A DNA stretch of 59,146 nucleotides, filler included, from Catajapyx aquilonaris (Eukaryota), in assembly GCA_000934665.2 (NCBI GenBank). It is 3 parts of 3 records of this genome, joined end to end, with 100 filler letters (N's around TTAATTAATTAA, not from the genome) between each part and the next. Parts side by side here need not be neighbours in the genome. Positions count along the whole stretch, not along the records: positions 1 to 19,706 come from JYFJ02006419.1; 2 more parts are not named here. One strand, written 5' to 3'. A model generated the notes under the pieces. That model saw nothing but the letters and a program-made list of their open reading frames with translations, did not search any database and was not told the DNA's origin. Positions within the stretch are counted from its first letter, which is position 1. Each line of letters starts with the position of its first letter. Shown in pieces: positions 1-12,467 of the stretch. Made by a program: the position numbers and the translations under genes.

Positions 1-100
1 GAAATGTCTCGTAGCGATCTCAAGTGGCCACCCGGTGCGTAATCCTTCGGCAGGGGGTGGGTGGGGAGTGACCTAACCTGAGTCTTCTACAGCCGTGGTC
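1..100 (+). mobile_element. Right end of the same family as 49746-50134
   Basis: CGGCAGGGGGTGGGTGGGGAGTGACCTAACCTGAGTCTTCTACA identical in both copies. Confidence 0.8.
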
Positions 101-518
101 TCGGGCATCGGGAGATTCATCTTGGGGTGGCACATGAACGGTGACGCCATGTATTACATATTTTCGTACGCGTCAAAATTTTCTCCTCAATAAAATTTTC
201 CTCCACCATGACATTTGTCGCCCTATAGGCACGTGCCTACTCTGCCTATTTGGTAATATGTCACTGTATTCTTCTATCGAGAAATGACATTGGATATTTC
301 TTTTGATTGGCTACGCTTTCGTATCGGGAGACCCCGCACTTTTACCTACTCTCCTAGGCGTGTATCTTCTGAAGGGCAGGCCATCCGCCAGGAATGACGG
401 TTAGGTCATGGGGTAGGTTGGTACAGGGTTCCCCTACCCCTGCCACATCATAGCACAAAAATGCGGGTTTTTCCTGAACAAAAATTGATTTTATATGCTT
501 GCATCAGTAACATGATCC

Positions 519-794
519 AGGGCGACACGGTGGCCGAGTGGTTAGCGCCGCAGCCTTCCACCTCTAAGGTCCCGAGTTCGATCCCCGGGTCGGACGGAGG
601 ATACTTATGTGGAAAGAGTTTCGATGGGTTCTCTCCGTGTTCGCGTGGGTTTTCTCGGGGTTATCCCGTTTCCTCCCACTATCAAAATCCATCACATTAC
701 AGGCAAATGATTAAAGTCGGATATTCAAAAGATGATCCCCTAAGAGGCCCAAGGGGCCTATCACGGGGTATCCATTATTATTATTATTATTATT
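519..794 (+). mobile_element. tRNA-derived SINE with V-domain-like core
   Basis: A box TGGCCGAGTGG (531-541), B box GTTCGATCC (576-584), core GTTCTCTCCGTGTTCGCGTGGGTTTTCTCGGGG..GTTTCCTCCCAC resembling the V-SINE domain, (TTA)n tail, 16-bp TSD ATCAGTAACATGATCC (503-518, 795-810). Confidence 0.9.
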
Positions 795-810
795 ATCAGT
801 AACATGATCC

Positions 811-1088
811 TATTGTGTTACATGTTATGTTATGTTACCCATGTCTGAGGCTAGGGTTGTTTGTTTGGATAGGTGTAAATGGCGTAGGTTAATTAATGGG
901 TAAATAGGTAAATATATGTCTGAGGATAAGGTGATGTCTGAGGTGGGCAGGGGTGGGGGGTGGGACAGGTTGTTTTTAGGTTTATTCTCATGAGTTTTAT
1001 TAGTTCATATGTTGGGTTAGCTTGCGTCTCCCTTCATCGCTGACTACCCCTCATAGGGAAATGTCGTGATGTTGTTGTTGTTGTTGTT
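811..1088 (+). mobile_element. 5'-truncated non-LTR retroelement 3' end with (GTT)n tail
   Basis: 3' stem-loop then (GTT)n; flanked by TTGCATCAGTAACAT at 499-513 and 1087-1101. Confidence 0.6.
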
Positions 1089-1727
1089 GCATCAGTAACA
1101 TTGTTTTATAACACGAATTTTTAGAATGACGTCCCCCATATAACTGTGTCAGCTCCCTCACGCTTACATAAACGCCTATCTACTATCTACCCTACATAAC
1201 CTAACTGTTTTCTATGGATGATTAAATTATCATTTCACAGCCTGTGTTGTATAACATGGGCAGCCACCTGTCTTAAGTCACAAGCAGATTACGTATAGTG
1301 CACAGCCAATAAGAAGACCACAGTAGAAAATGCAAAAAAAAAGCCCGGTTACAAATGCATGGCAGATGGTGGTGACATTTGCAAGAAAGGCCAACTTCTT
1401 GAACCTGCTGCCTGCATAAATGATGGGCATAATCCTCCCGCATCGTTGCTCGTCTGCTGCAAATCCTCTTTTCTCCGTTCAATCCCTGCTTTCTAACCGA
1501 TTTTAAAGCGCAACACACTTGCTCTCCCGGTCTAGAGAAAAAGAAAAATGTAGCAGACGCCCAAATTTTCCTTAAATCTGGATCTCAAGGCAAAGGGAAT
1601 AATAAAAAAAAGTGACAAACTTCTTGGAGGATCCGCGACATGGTTAACAAATTCTGGAAACTTGGGAGCAAAATTATGGATTCACTGCACAACTACACAC
1701 TCCTTGTGGGAGTGAGACGTTTTTATT

Positions 1728-1799
1728 TTCTTCTTCTTCTTCTTCTTCTTCTTCTTCTTCTTCTTCTTCTTCTTCTTCTTCTTCTTCTTCTTCTTCTTC
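1728..1799. repeat. (CTT)n microsatellite
   Basis: About 24 perfect units. Confidence 0.95.
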
Positions 1800-3372
1800 C
1801 ATATAGCGTTACACCCCATTTTCAAAAACCTAGTTTCGCAGAGGATATAAACTCTTCATTCCAATATAACGTTGCTATTACATGACATTTTAATGCTTCA
1901 TTTTAATGAAACGTCGGCCCCCCCTTGATATATCGCTTATAAATTGGAGGGCGAGGGAACAGCGGAACAAGATATGCACGGTTTATGCGTACTGGGGGAC
2001 GTATATTTCAAGGAAGAGTAATTTACACATGTTCACTTTGTTTTAGCCGAAACAAATGTGATGTGCAAGGATTCATAGCAATAATGACTGTCACAATAAT
2101 GCAAGCTGGGTGTCTGTACATTAGATAATTTTTAAAGTGATGTTGCCTTTACTAATTGCATATGTCAGCCAAGCATATGCAGAAACACAGTTTACAACCA
2201 GGCAGAAGTTTGTACTTCAACGGAGCGCTGTATAATATTGTGATTCCGTCCAAAAAATGGCTTACAAATAAGTAAATGACACGATTATTTTAGTCTTACT
2301 CTGATCCTGCTAGTGAACATGTTGCCAAAATTTGGCAAAACCTATTATCATATGACAGTGGCAATCAAATAACTGATGGCCATCCGATTTACCATGTAAT
2401 ACTATTCTTCACTCATAGGTGGCTCATACTCCCTCTGCACACTCCTGTCACTCTCATGTCGTGGGAGAGATAGCGATACCATCATGTCGGACAAACATCC
2501 GACGGAGAAAATAAGCCTATTAGGAGAAAGATTTTTCATATCAAGTATAGGTGACCAACGTAAAAGCAGAAAATGACGCTGCCATTAATAAATCAAGCAA
2601 TTTTATTCTCAAATATTTATAACAAAAATGTCGAATTATAGTATACAGCCATCTTATTTTTCTTGCGACCACTTGCAACACTGATGTGCACTCGGTATTT
2701 GATTACGATGCAATGTGGCAGACATTCCATAAACAACATTGCTCCGTCCAAAATAATGTGTTTACTGTAGTGTACGGTATACATCAAACAGTGAGAAAGC
2801 TGCGACGCATACTTGGGCAGGCCATTTAACTATTACAGATACCCAAACTACACTTGCTTTCCAGTGTGCATTGTTATTTCCATAAGATAATTCTATGCAG
2901 GCACAAAGTCGACTATAATGTATCTCAACATGTTCCTCTACCACTATCGCAATTGTGGTAAAGAGAAGTGTGCAAAAAGAAGTACATAAGACCGCAAGCG
3001 AGTGCCTGGGGGATATTCCCAAGCTCACAATAAGGCTGTTGAGAAACCGATAAGAGCGACATTAGCATATTCTCCATGCCTGACACACGACTGGCCCACT
3101 TTTATCTGTGTTTGTTCAGGAAGAGTGGAGCTTCCCGCACATGACAGGGACTGCAACTGAATCACTGCACTGATTCAACATAACAATCAGTGTTCATTAA
3201 TTATAGCTAGTGTTCATATCTTTGATGGCATTCAACTTTTAATTGAATGAACATTATTACTGATGCAATGTTTTCACACATTCCTCGAGTATGGGAGTCG
3301 TTACCAGTCACATAATACAGTAAGCCTATATTATTTTAATGCAAGTTTAAAATACATTTATTTTATTTTATT

Positions 3373-3417
3373 GAAGAAGAAGAAGAAGAAGAAGAAGAAG
3401 AAGAACAAGAATAAGAA
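3373..3417. repeat. (GAA)n microsatellite directly 5' of a SINE
   Basis: Read directly from the sequence. Confidence 0.9.
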
Positions 3418-3750
3418 GGGGGCGACATGGTGGTCTATCGGTTACGCCACTGGCCAGCCAAGCGGGAGGCCGGGGTTCAAATCCCGTCCCCGTCACCTCT
3501 GCTTGGCCGGGTCTTTTTCCGCTTTTCTCCCGACATGCCGGAGCAGAATTGCACTCCCTTCTCTGCTCGGGGCCAGGAGAAAAGGCCTGGTGTTAAAGAA
3601 TGTCAGAAATGACTATCGCACGGGGCCCTCCCTTGGGAACTTCCCCTCCCCCCCCCCCTAAGAGGGCCACGAGCTCTATCACGGGGTAACAAAAAATATA
3701 ATAATAATAACAGCAACAACAACAACAACAATCATAATAATAATAATACA
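3418..3750 (+). mobile_element. tRNA-derived SINE (second family)
   Basis: GGGGCGACATGGTGGTCTATCGGTTA head, B box GGTTCAAATCCC, 3' CCCCTAA..ATCACGGGGT stem-loop, (TAA/CAA)n tail. Confidence 0.85.
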
Positions 3751-4805
3751 GCATAAATAAGTAACTCCCAGCTTAAATTAAAACTCCATTGTGAGGCTTT
3801 TGTTTTGAAATAAAATAAGTAAGGTCGCACTCATACCTGACACGTTATTTTATAAATGTTATAAACTCATTATCTTAATAACAACGCTGCTATGCCGAGA
3901 ACAAAGGACGCCTGTACACAAAATATCCCCTCTGGTCTAAAAACTTTACCCCAGAAGTTTGTTGGAGTCATTATGAAGCATCTTATAACGTCTAAAAATA
4001 ATACAGCAGGTTTATATGCTGTGTTGAGTTTCCTCGTAGCTATTTCTCTTTGGAATGGGCGATATTAATTTACAGCAGTTAGTCCAATTTTTGTACATTT
4101 TTTAAAAATTCTAACTTATCTACCATACTGGACTGATTCGACGCTACGAGGGAATTCAGTAACTGAATATAAAAGGATGCTGAATTCTACAACTGTTATA
4201 AGTATGACAACATCTAAAAAAGAAACAAAGTGAGTCACAGACTGGAGAGCAACAAACGTCAAGATGCAGAATGAAAAATAATTTAATCATCAAATCCCTC
4301 CCAATAGTAAACTTCTCGATTATTTCACGAAGGGGGCCGAAACCTGTGGCCTAATAATGACATTTGTTTCATCACTTATGGTGGAAAAACCGAGAGTTTA
4401 ACCAGCATTTTTAAGTGATAGGTGGCGTGGAGGCATGGGAGCTTGGCTGGGATATTTCATAGTTTTTTTCCTGCTGCAAGCCTGCAACCTCTTCATTACC
4501 AATCAAGTCGAGCAGATGCACTGGTGTATTTTTAGAGCATAGCCAATGGAGTACGGCACATTTTATAATCTATAAGCACAACCACACCTTCCTTTTCTCA
4601 TCTCATGATGAGTTTTTCTGCCTCTGGCTTTGTCTCTGGCGGGATTTCCTGTAAACTACCCACCCAGGGAATCCACAAACCGACATTGCACTCTCACCTG
4701 CACTTCTTCCCTTTCTGTAACCCTCCTTCACTCGCGGTATCTGAATGTTACTGAAAATGGTCCACCTACATCTTAAGAAATAAGAACAGTGATGGGATGG
4801 AGGTG

Positions 4806-4957
4806 TACTCAAGGGGGTAGTCACTTCGGAGAGCCGGTGTACACCCTCACTGGTGAGCCGAGGAGAGCCGCAAGAGAGCCGCAGAGAGCCGCGGAGAGCC
4901 GCAACTCAAGAGAGCCGGTGTACACTTTTTTGAGGAGTGACTACCCCCTTGGGTGTA
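4806..4957. mobile_element. MITE with CAAGGGGGTAGTCACT terminal inverted repeats and internal GAGAGCCG repeats
   Basis: TIR 4810-4825 and 4936-4951; related element at 6568-7112. Confidence 0.7.
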
Positions 4958-4958
4958 C

Positions 4959-5024
<66 letters not shown>
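4959..5024. repeat. (TTA)n microsatellite
   Basis: Read directly from the sequence. Confidence 0.95.
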
Positions 5025-6567
5025 GCTGACACATTTTAGGTTACCTACTTTTTCCCTGTTTCATGATTATACTCGCAAGAGTGAATGAATATATCTCTGC
5101 TTGCAGATTTAGAGGCTACTTGTTAGTAACGACCATCTGTAATGTTATAGTAATGTCAAGCTATTTAGTCGTTCCCTTTTGCAGCGAGAATTGATTTTAC
5201 AAAAATTGTACCATGCAGATTCCTCGTCTTCTTTACTGGTACTACTGTATCTTCTAAAAATTATATCTGGGTTTCCCCAGTTAAAATTGCTTCAGTTATC
5301 TGGAATCTCAGGATTGGGTGCTGCAAATACTTAAAATGACCATCAAGTATATTAGGTTTCAAGACTCTTCAATATTTAGTTAGTTGTATACAAACATGAT
5401 ATTCATCATCTCTATGACCTCTAACACATCAACACATATTACTCCATTCACCTAGGGATTTTATCCGATATACGCTATATGGCAATATTAATTTTCCCAT
5501 GTCGAACAGAACAACAACAAAAAATTAACCAACTCCAATTATGTGCAGCCATTACAAGGTGATGGCTTGAAAATAGACGCCATAGTCGCTCCCTCTCGCA
5601 ATAATGGGCTGGTTAGGTCTTGGTGAACTTGTCAGCTTGTGGACTGTGCACGTGATGGCTGCACGGGGCTGGGCCAGGGAGCCTGCACCAGGCAGACAAT
5701 AGCTCCGGATGACAGATATTGGAGGACGAAGGTTGGAGAGGGAGCGGTGGATGGGGGGAAAGGGGGGGGGGGGTGAAGCTTGATTAAAAAACTTCTTGTG
5801 GCAAGCAGGCTCGGTCTGAGCCCCGTTTTGCTTCTCCCTCTACCCCCCCCCCCCTTCCCCCCTAGATCGATCCCGCACCCAAGCCTGAATTGCGCAATGG
5901 GCCCTGGCTGCAGCCAACCTGCCCGCATAGATTCGCCAACCTGGGCCTAGCTCCAGATGTTGCTGGCAAGACCTTCTTTCCCCTCATCCACCAGGCTACC
6001 CACCACCCCGCACACGCGACCTTTACACTACCTTTAGTTTCCATAAAATATGGTCTCCGGGGCCGTCTTTTCAGCTTGTCCTCCAGAGGAACTCATTTGG
6101 CACCGAATCCCAGATGGGCCTGCAGCTTTTGCCTTTCTGGCTGGCTCTCCGTAGGCTAATTAAGTCATACTGAGGGCCAATTCGGGACTACCCAACGTTT
6201 CCTGCGAACGGGACTGCAAAAATGAGGGTGTTGGGGGTATATATCTCAGAGAGTATTTCTTTCGTCCTTTTTCTTTATGTGCTTTATATTTTTGCAGATA
6301 AATGCCACATGAGCCCCTTTCAATATTTAACACATTTTCATGAAATGAAACTATACCGGGGAATAAAGCATTCTAAAGGGTAAATATAGGAACAACACAA
6401 CATGAATGGGTGAAATACAAGATAATCAGAGTCGTAGTGCGGGAATGTTGTCGAAGCTGCATGACTCATGTCTGATCCCTTTTTGAAAACGTATCTAGGA
6501 GACTGGTGCAAGCAGAAAAACGATTTGACCATAAGAGGCTATGTGTCAAGTCCTATACACACCCAAT

Positions 6568-7112
6568 CAAGGGGGTAACCACTCGACTGAAAAGTGTATA
6601 CACTGGAGTACCAAATTCAAGGAGTACCAAGGAGTATAAGGTACCTAAGGAGTATACCTGGGAGTCCCACTCGTAGATGTACAGTACCCTGCATTAATGG
6701 CTATGCACAGCCATCGCTAGCTGGCGGGATTGAGCGGAACTAGGCGTCAGTGGGCTGTGTCCAAAATACTTTGATATCAAGACTGCTCACGAGACCGCTC
6801 TAGACGGCTCAAGGTATCGCGGTGGATTAACAGGCATTCGCGTGGTCCATGTAATGACTGGTTCACAACCTCAATACATTCATAGGAACCGCAATGACCT
6901 CATAATTCATCCCACAGATATTTCTGTGATCCGCTGTGATCCATCTTTGTAGCGAGCGTTTGAATCCATCGCGATATCTTGAGCTGTCCAAGTATTTTGG
7001 ACGCAGCCCACCGACGCCTAATTCCGCTCGTTCTCGGACAGGTGGCGATGTATGTACATAGCCATTAATGCAGGGTACTGTACACCGGAGTACCGAAGTG
7101 GTTACCTCCTTG
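6568..7112. mobile_element. MITE related to the 4806 family, interrupted by a nested MITE
   Basis: CAAGGGGGTAACCACT ... AGTGGTTACCTCCTTG ends; internal GGAGTA repeats. Confidence 0.6.
6682..7080. mobile_element. Tc1/mariner-superfamily MITE (nested)
   Basis: TA|CAGTACCCTGCATTAATGGCTATG ... CATAGCCATTAATGCAGGGTACTG|TA with long imperfect arms. Confidence 0.85.
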
Positions 7113-7437
7113 CACTCAATTTTGACCAAAATGTGAATCTGATTGTTGTGTGTTTCAGATCTTTGTGTGTGAGAGGTGAAAGTTCAGTTATTTATTGCTC
7201 TTTCTGTCCTTCTTTTGCATATAAAGAGGTCGTCTACCAACACAATAAGGTCTGACATCAATGCAAGGTACAGGAATGTGATTGTAATCATTTTTAATCT
7301 TCATACTTGGGGTGTGCGCTGCTGCTGCCGATGTTTTAATCGGCACATATGACGTAGACAACTCAAAATTACTTGTTACAATAGGCTACACATCAGACGA
7401 CAATAATACACTTGGTGACAGTCGCAATAATCTCATA

Positions 7438-7568
7438 GTGCCGGTTTCACCAAGCCCAGTTTTGATTTTCTTTAAACCCGGTTCTTTCGGAAAATCCCTG
7501 CAAATAGAATATGGATTTTCCGAAAGAACCGGGTTTTTTATCAAAACTGGGCTTGGTGAAACCGGCCC
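7438..7568. mobile_element. Palindromic PIF/Harbinger-type MITE
   Basis: G(T/G)GCCGGTTTCACCAAGCCCAGTTTTGAT arms, near-perfect fold-back, 3-bp ATA duplication. Confidence 0.75.
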
Positions 7569-8607
7569 ATAGTACTTGTCATACAGTTTATACTAGTGCA
7601 TTGGTAATGTGTGGTTTTGAGTGACAGAAACCGCTGGAAATGATCATCATAACTATTTCATGCATTTACCTTTATGCATCTGCCTAAAAATGTAATTCAC
7701 ATATACATTATGTGCAACTGAGAAGTTCGTCAACAACTTCACACTTCTTTGCTGATGGAAGTATGTAGATTATGGCTCAACCATATGTGAAAATGTTTGG
7801 CTACATAATTGTAGCGTCATTTTCTGGCTTTTCGCATTCTTGAATAAATGCCTTATCCCGTGCTATCGTGAGCCTTCCACAATAGGCTACATTTTCTTCT
7901 GCCAAATGTTTTCGACAGGGAACGCCACCGACTGGTACTGCCAGGTATGCAATTGTTTTGTACTGTGTTTACTTATTAAGAACAGTGCTGAGCTGGCCAT
8001 CGCAGGATCTTGCAGCTTGTGTGCTTCTGTCTTCCAGAGATCTTCTGGGTGTGGTCCGTCTGCATTCACCGGTCATCTGGTCATCCTACAAGCTCCCATC
8101 ACGGATTTATATCGCGCGGGTATGATTTGTAGTGGGGGAGGGACGGGGGGATTTTTAAAAATCGGTGGGGAAGTGGGGTGTGACGCGAGGTAGGGCATTA
8201 CTACACTCCCATTTTTTAAAAAGTGCAAACTCACATCATTAATTGTCATTTTCACTATATTACTGCAATTAATATGGGATTCTAGGCCTGGGCCAATTTT
8301 ATCATACGCGAGTCATTTTAACGCAAAATGCCTAATTTTTAATTGCCATACTCTCATCCAATGAACACTAGATGGGATAACTATGTGAGTTGAACTTTAA
8401 AATATAAGTGTATAGATTAAAGCAGATTAAAGTAACCGGCGCGGCGGGCGGTTGTGTAGGACTAACGATTGACGATAAATTCTTTGCCAGTTCTTTGCGG
8501 TTTGTGAGTTGTGAGGTGCGCTAAATAATAAAAGTGAAGTAACTAAATTACTGTGGAATTTTTTTTACAAAGCTATAGATACTACCAGCTGACATGGGAT
8601 TAAAATA

Positions 8608-8832
8608 ATGGCTGATCAAATGCTGTGGTATGCTGCACGAAAAATGTAGGCGGTCTTCAGAAGACAATAAGAAAAGAAAATGATAAGAATGCTGGTTATT
8701 GTGCTTATCAGAACAGTATTCTTCTTACAAGTTAGCAGGACTTTCTGATGCTGATTTCGCAGTGCTTTTAGAGACAGAGTTGGAAAAATCTACAACGAGC
8801 AGCACAAACTACTAACTTGTTCCTGGATTGAG
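8608..8832 (+). CDS. Possible first coding exons (8608-8627, 8763-8832) of the same plus-strand gene
   Basis: ATG GCT GAT...TG|GTATGC joins TTTCGCAG|T in matching phase 2 to give MADQMLCAFRDRVGKIYNEQHKLLTCSWIE; CpG-rich stretch at 8436-8450 upstream. The link to exon 10646 is not resolved. Confidence 0.25.
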
Positions 8833-10645
8833 GTTTTTTTGTCAAATCGTGAGAATAGTTAATTTCTAATAACATCATTTCGTGGACCTACAGAAGAAAC
8901 ACACTAAGTCCAATTTTGGTGGTTTGAAATTTTTTTAATGTCACTAGTCGCATTTTTCCCTGCTCTATCGCATGGTGAAGGACATTCAGTCCTGTAGATT
9001 CACAATGAGGCAGCAAGCCAGGATTTTTCTATATTCACTAGATGTAAACAAGTGCAAGGTCGAAGCTTTGTTTTGGGTTATCTCAAACCTGGGTTTTTGG
9101 ACTCATTATGTTTCTCTGGTATGCCCACGATTTATTGCTTTTCCCTGTCATTCCTTTTTGTAGAATTCTGTGCTCTTCTCTGAATCATTCCTGACGTGGC
9201 GTTAGTTTGTTATAGGCTTCTTACTGCACCTTTGGATCGAACGGCTGACCTTTTATTCCTGATTTTGCCAGTCATGAAGGGAGTTGCAAGTTAATTATAA
9301 AACATGTACCATATATAACTTATATAAAAATCATTAGCGCGTGGCAACTCACAAAGCCTTTCTTGGTTTGATAAGTAAATTCCTGTAAAATTCTGTGAAT
9401 AGCAGTTACAAAAGCTTGCAGCTAACACCATTGTCGAAATTCCTGCCTGCAGTAAACAACAGTCTCTCTCCCAATCTTTTCATACTTATGTGGCACACAC
9501 ATTATTTTATTGTAGCATATTGTGAATTGTGATTAGTGTTGTTCAAAAGCTGCATTTTCCGAAATTGGCCGCCAACAATGGCTCTTTCACAATGATGTGC
9601 ATGACAAGCGACAAGTGTGTTCTGTTGCCTTCTGACGTGAGCTGGTTTGTTGCTCTCCCCCCCCCCCCCCCCCCCCNCTCACCTACACCTTCCTTGTGTC
9701 GGACAACTTCGAATGCTACTAGAGTAAGTGTTATATTTTGAGGATCCGCAAGAATGTTAGCAAATACCGGTTTTAAGCGCTGTGTCACTATAGTAGGTAC
9801 CATTTCTGAACTGATTGCAGATGAAGAACAGGGTGTTTGTGATGTACTAGTGGGCCATTGGGCCACCAGGGTACTTGTGACCCAATACAAGAGGCCTATA
9901 CGAATGAGAAATGTTGAGACACCAACCGGTAACGACGCGCCGCGCCGTTTGCTTTTGGATGTAGATTGAAAATATATGATCGAAAATATGTCACATGTTT
10001 CGTGCTGAAGAAAACGATATAACGTGATCTACGTCATAATTGTGCATCAAGTTCGATTACGTTGTTGGGGTACATTCGATACTTGAGATAATCCCTCATA
10101 AAATCTATAGGTAGAGACGAGGTTAAGTCAGGCGACCGTGGCGATGCGATGGACAATGAAATCTCTCCCTCCGCGAAGAAATTCAGAATGATTATAGCGT
10201 CTTTTTGCTAACAATAGCCTTGAATTAGTTCATCAACCCTTTACAATTAGCACATTGATAGAAAACACTGCTACACCTCAAATGATGCAATTGATAGCTT
10301 CCTGTGGAGAAGCACCACAAAAATGCCTGGAAGAGCAGAGTGATCACGTAAATAGACTATAATAATGGGGTCAGGTAGTAAAACATCAATCACGATAATA
10401 TTATATGTCTCCATTAAATCTTGTCTGACTTTTTCCACCTTTCGTGACCTATACAACAAAATATGTGGATTGTATACTGTACTGCTTGGATCGGCTTGGA
10501 TATATTGAATATGCACTGATTTGCTTTTCGCCAACAATATGTACAGCAGGTTTATTATCAGGCCTGCTACTTGACCATTCTCTAGTATTCTTCATATTTT
10601 TGCATAATTATTATGAGGCACTGTATCCTTAACTTTTCACTACAG

Positions 10646-10751
10646 ATCTGAACGCTGCTGCTGTTCACCAGAACTAAAGAACTACCCTGCGTTCTCCAGT
10701 CCATCGCATCTCATCAGTTCCCCAAGTATCCAATCCGAGATACATCTCCAG
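10646..10751 (+). CDS. Putative penultimate exon of the 12468-12926 gene
   Basis: ACTACAG| acceptor and CAG|GTATGT donor; 106 nt open (SERCCCSPELKNYPAF...SEIHLQ) ending in phase 0, in frame with exon 12468. Confidence 0.4.
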
Positions 10752-10810
10752 GTATGTACAGTATATGCCTACTATCACAACCTTTTGTGAAAGGAGCAGT
10801 TGTACTGTAA

Positions 10811-10990
10811 TCTATACTGCCGTCAGATGTAAGAAGACCGTAACTCAAAAACTAGTAAGGGTGAAAGTCGCATGCATGCCCTGCACTAATCCTTTCTGAG
10901 TCAAGGGGGGATTAGTGCAGGGCATGCATGCGACTTTCATCCTTACTAGTTTTTGAGTTACGGTCTTCTTACATCTGAAGGCAGTATAGA
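10811..10990. mobile_element. Near-perfect 180-bp palindromic MITE, intronic to the plus-strand gene
   Basis: TCTATACTGCC..CAGATGTAAGAAGACCGTAACTCAAAAACTAGTAAGG arms of ~80 bp with few mismatches. Confidence 0.8.
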
Positions 10991-11864
10991 GCATTATTTT
11001 CTGAACTATTAGTTATGGACAGGCTGAATTGAGTAAGATTTAACTTACATATTTAAATCACAACTCTACATGTTTAGAAGATAAATCTACCAGTAGGTAT
11101 GCTGCAGGTACTGTACACAGAAAACGGTGACACACTTTCAACATAGAACTGCATGACATGCAGGGTTGTACTTTTCAATTTGGCTATATTTAATTTTTAA
11201 TTCATTTACACAGCCTTGAATGGGCAGGGGCATAAACGTTGCCTTCTTTTAAAAAGCGTTTACTGAGAATTAAGGGTCATTCACGTACCGGCAACGTGAC
11301 ACAAAGAGGGAGCCTTTTTTTCTCCTGCTGAGTTATGGGATTAAACATCGCTTGGCGCTGTTTAACACAGATTTGAGCGATGCTGGAGGCCAGCGACCGC
11401 CAGATGTTCTGCTCTTCGCTTCGTAACGACAAAGAAGCGATGTATGTCTCGTTGGCTACATATAGATTTTCCATTACGCCTATTCTGAAGATACGGACAA
11501 GATATTTTACAAATAATAATAACAGCTATATTTATCCATTCATGTAAAACACTATGAATGTGTTGCGAACAATTTTACTCCTCTAGAAGTTCCTAAATTA
11601 ATTTCCAAAAAGACCGCCCTAAAAACTCGAAATTAGAGTAGCCTACTACCGGCCAACCGTTAGGGTGATTTAATTATGAAATACGCTAAAATATACGGAA
11701 CAACAACCTTGAAAAGCGTGCCTGACGAATTTTCTGAAATCGTCGTACTTTGTGAGAAATAAATTAATACTTATTTGCTGCTTGCTGGCACTTCGGAAAA
11801 CGCCAATTCAATTTGGGAGTTTTCCGAAGTGTCAAAAAGCCGCCAGATACATATATATATACTG

Positions 11865-12090
11865 TGACGACCCAGGGTTCGCCCCGGGTCCGCCCCTAGC
11901 TAGCTCATACCAAGAAAACTAGGTGGGTTCCTTGAGCACTGGTATTTGACCTTCTCGGTCCCAAGCAGAGTACAGCCTGGCTTTTAGGCTTTTACAACCT
12001 AAACCCGCTGGGAGGGAAAGCTGGGGAAAGGCCGGGTTCCACCACCAATAGGATGGTCAGGGTCAAACCCTTACAATACCTTTATCTATA
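11865..12090 (+). mobile_element. Degenerate SINE-like fragment
   Basis: B-box-like CCCAGGGTTCGCCCCGGG, GC-rich body with CGGTCCCAAGC, ending in an (ACCTTT)-like tail; no TSD seen. Confidence 0.35.
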
Positions 12091-12378
12091 CTTTCGAATA
12101 TATTAATATATTGTAGATCATTTTATGTAGAGGTCATATGCTCATCATTTGAGACGTTCTACATAGTAAGCATATTTATAAGTTCTTAGTGCTGTAGGTT
12201 GCTGCGGTGCTATCTATTATTATACACATTCCAGTGTATTTGTACAGTTTTTAATACTCAATCATGTTTTATACTATAAGTCTGATTCATTATTTACGCA
12301 TTACAATTTATATGAGCTTATTTTACATGGCATTCAACATCGCATGAATAGGAGATTAAATATATTTAAATTACCACA

Positions 12379-12445
12379 TGGGGTCACAAAAAACCCCATG
12401 ATACTAGTTACATTGCTCAGATTCATGATACTACTTAAGGGTTAA
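12379..12445 (-). mobile_element. piggyBac-type MITE end fragment related to 53142
   Basis: GGGGTCACAAAAAACCCCATGATAC...TTAAGGGTTAA matches the reverse complement of the 53142 left end. Confidence 0.55.
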
Positions 12446-12467
12446 ACTTTTTTTTTAAATTCTTTAG

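Noticed and set aside
519..592. tRNA genes at SINE heads (also 3418 and 36346)
   Set aside because: A and B boxes run into SINE bodies with tails and, in two cases, TSDs; no convincing cloverleaf.
1640..1885. Poly-Leu, poly-Ile, poly-Lys and poly-Tyr ORFs (also 461, 3263, 4789, 40521)
   Set aside because: Translations of trinucleotide microsatellites and SINEs.
5740..5865. Facing G-tract and C-tract (G-quadruplex or hairpin)
   Set aside because: Low-complexity homopolymers are common across this window; no specific evidence of function.
7887..8100. Possible decayed RTE-type LINE C-terminus on the minus strand (RMxDDR-like)
   Set aside because: Too degenerate to support by eye.
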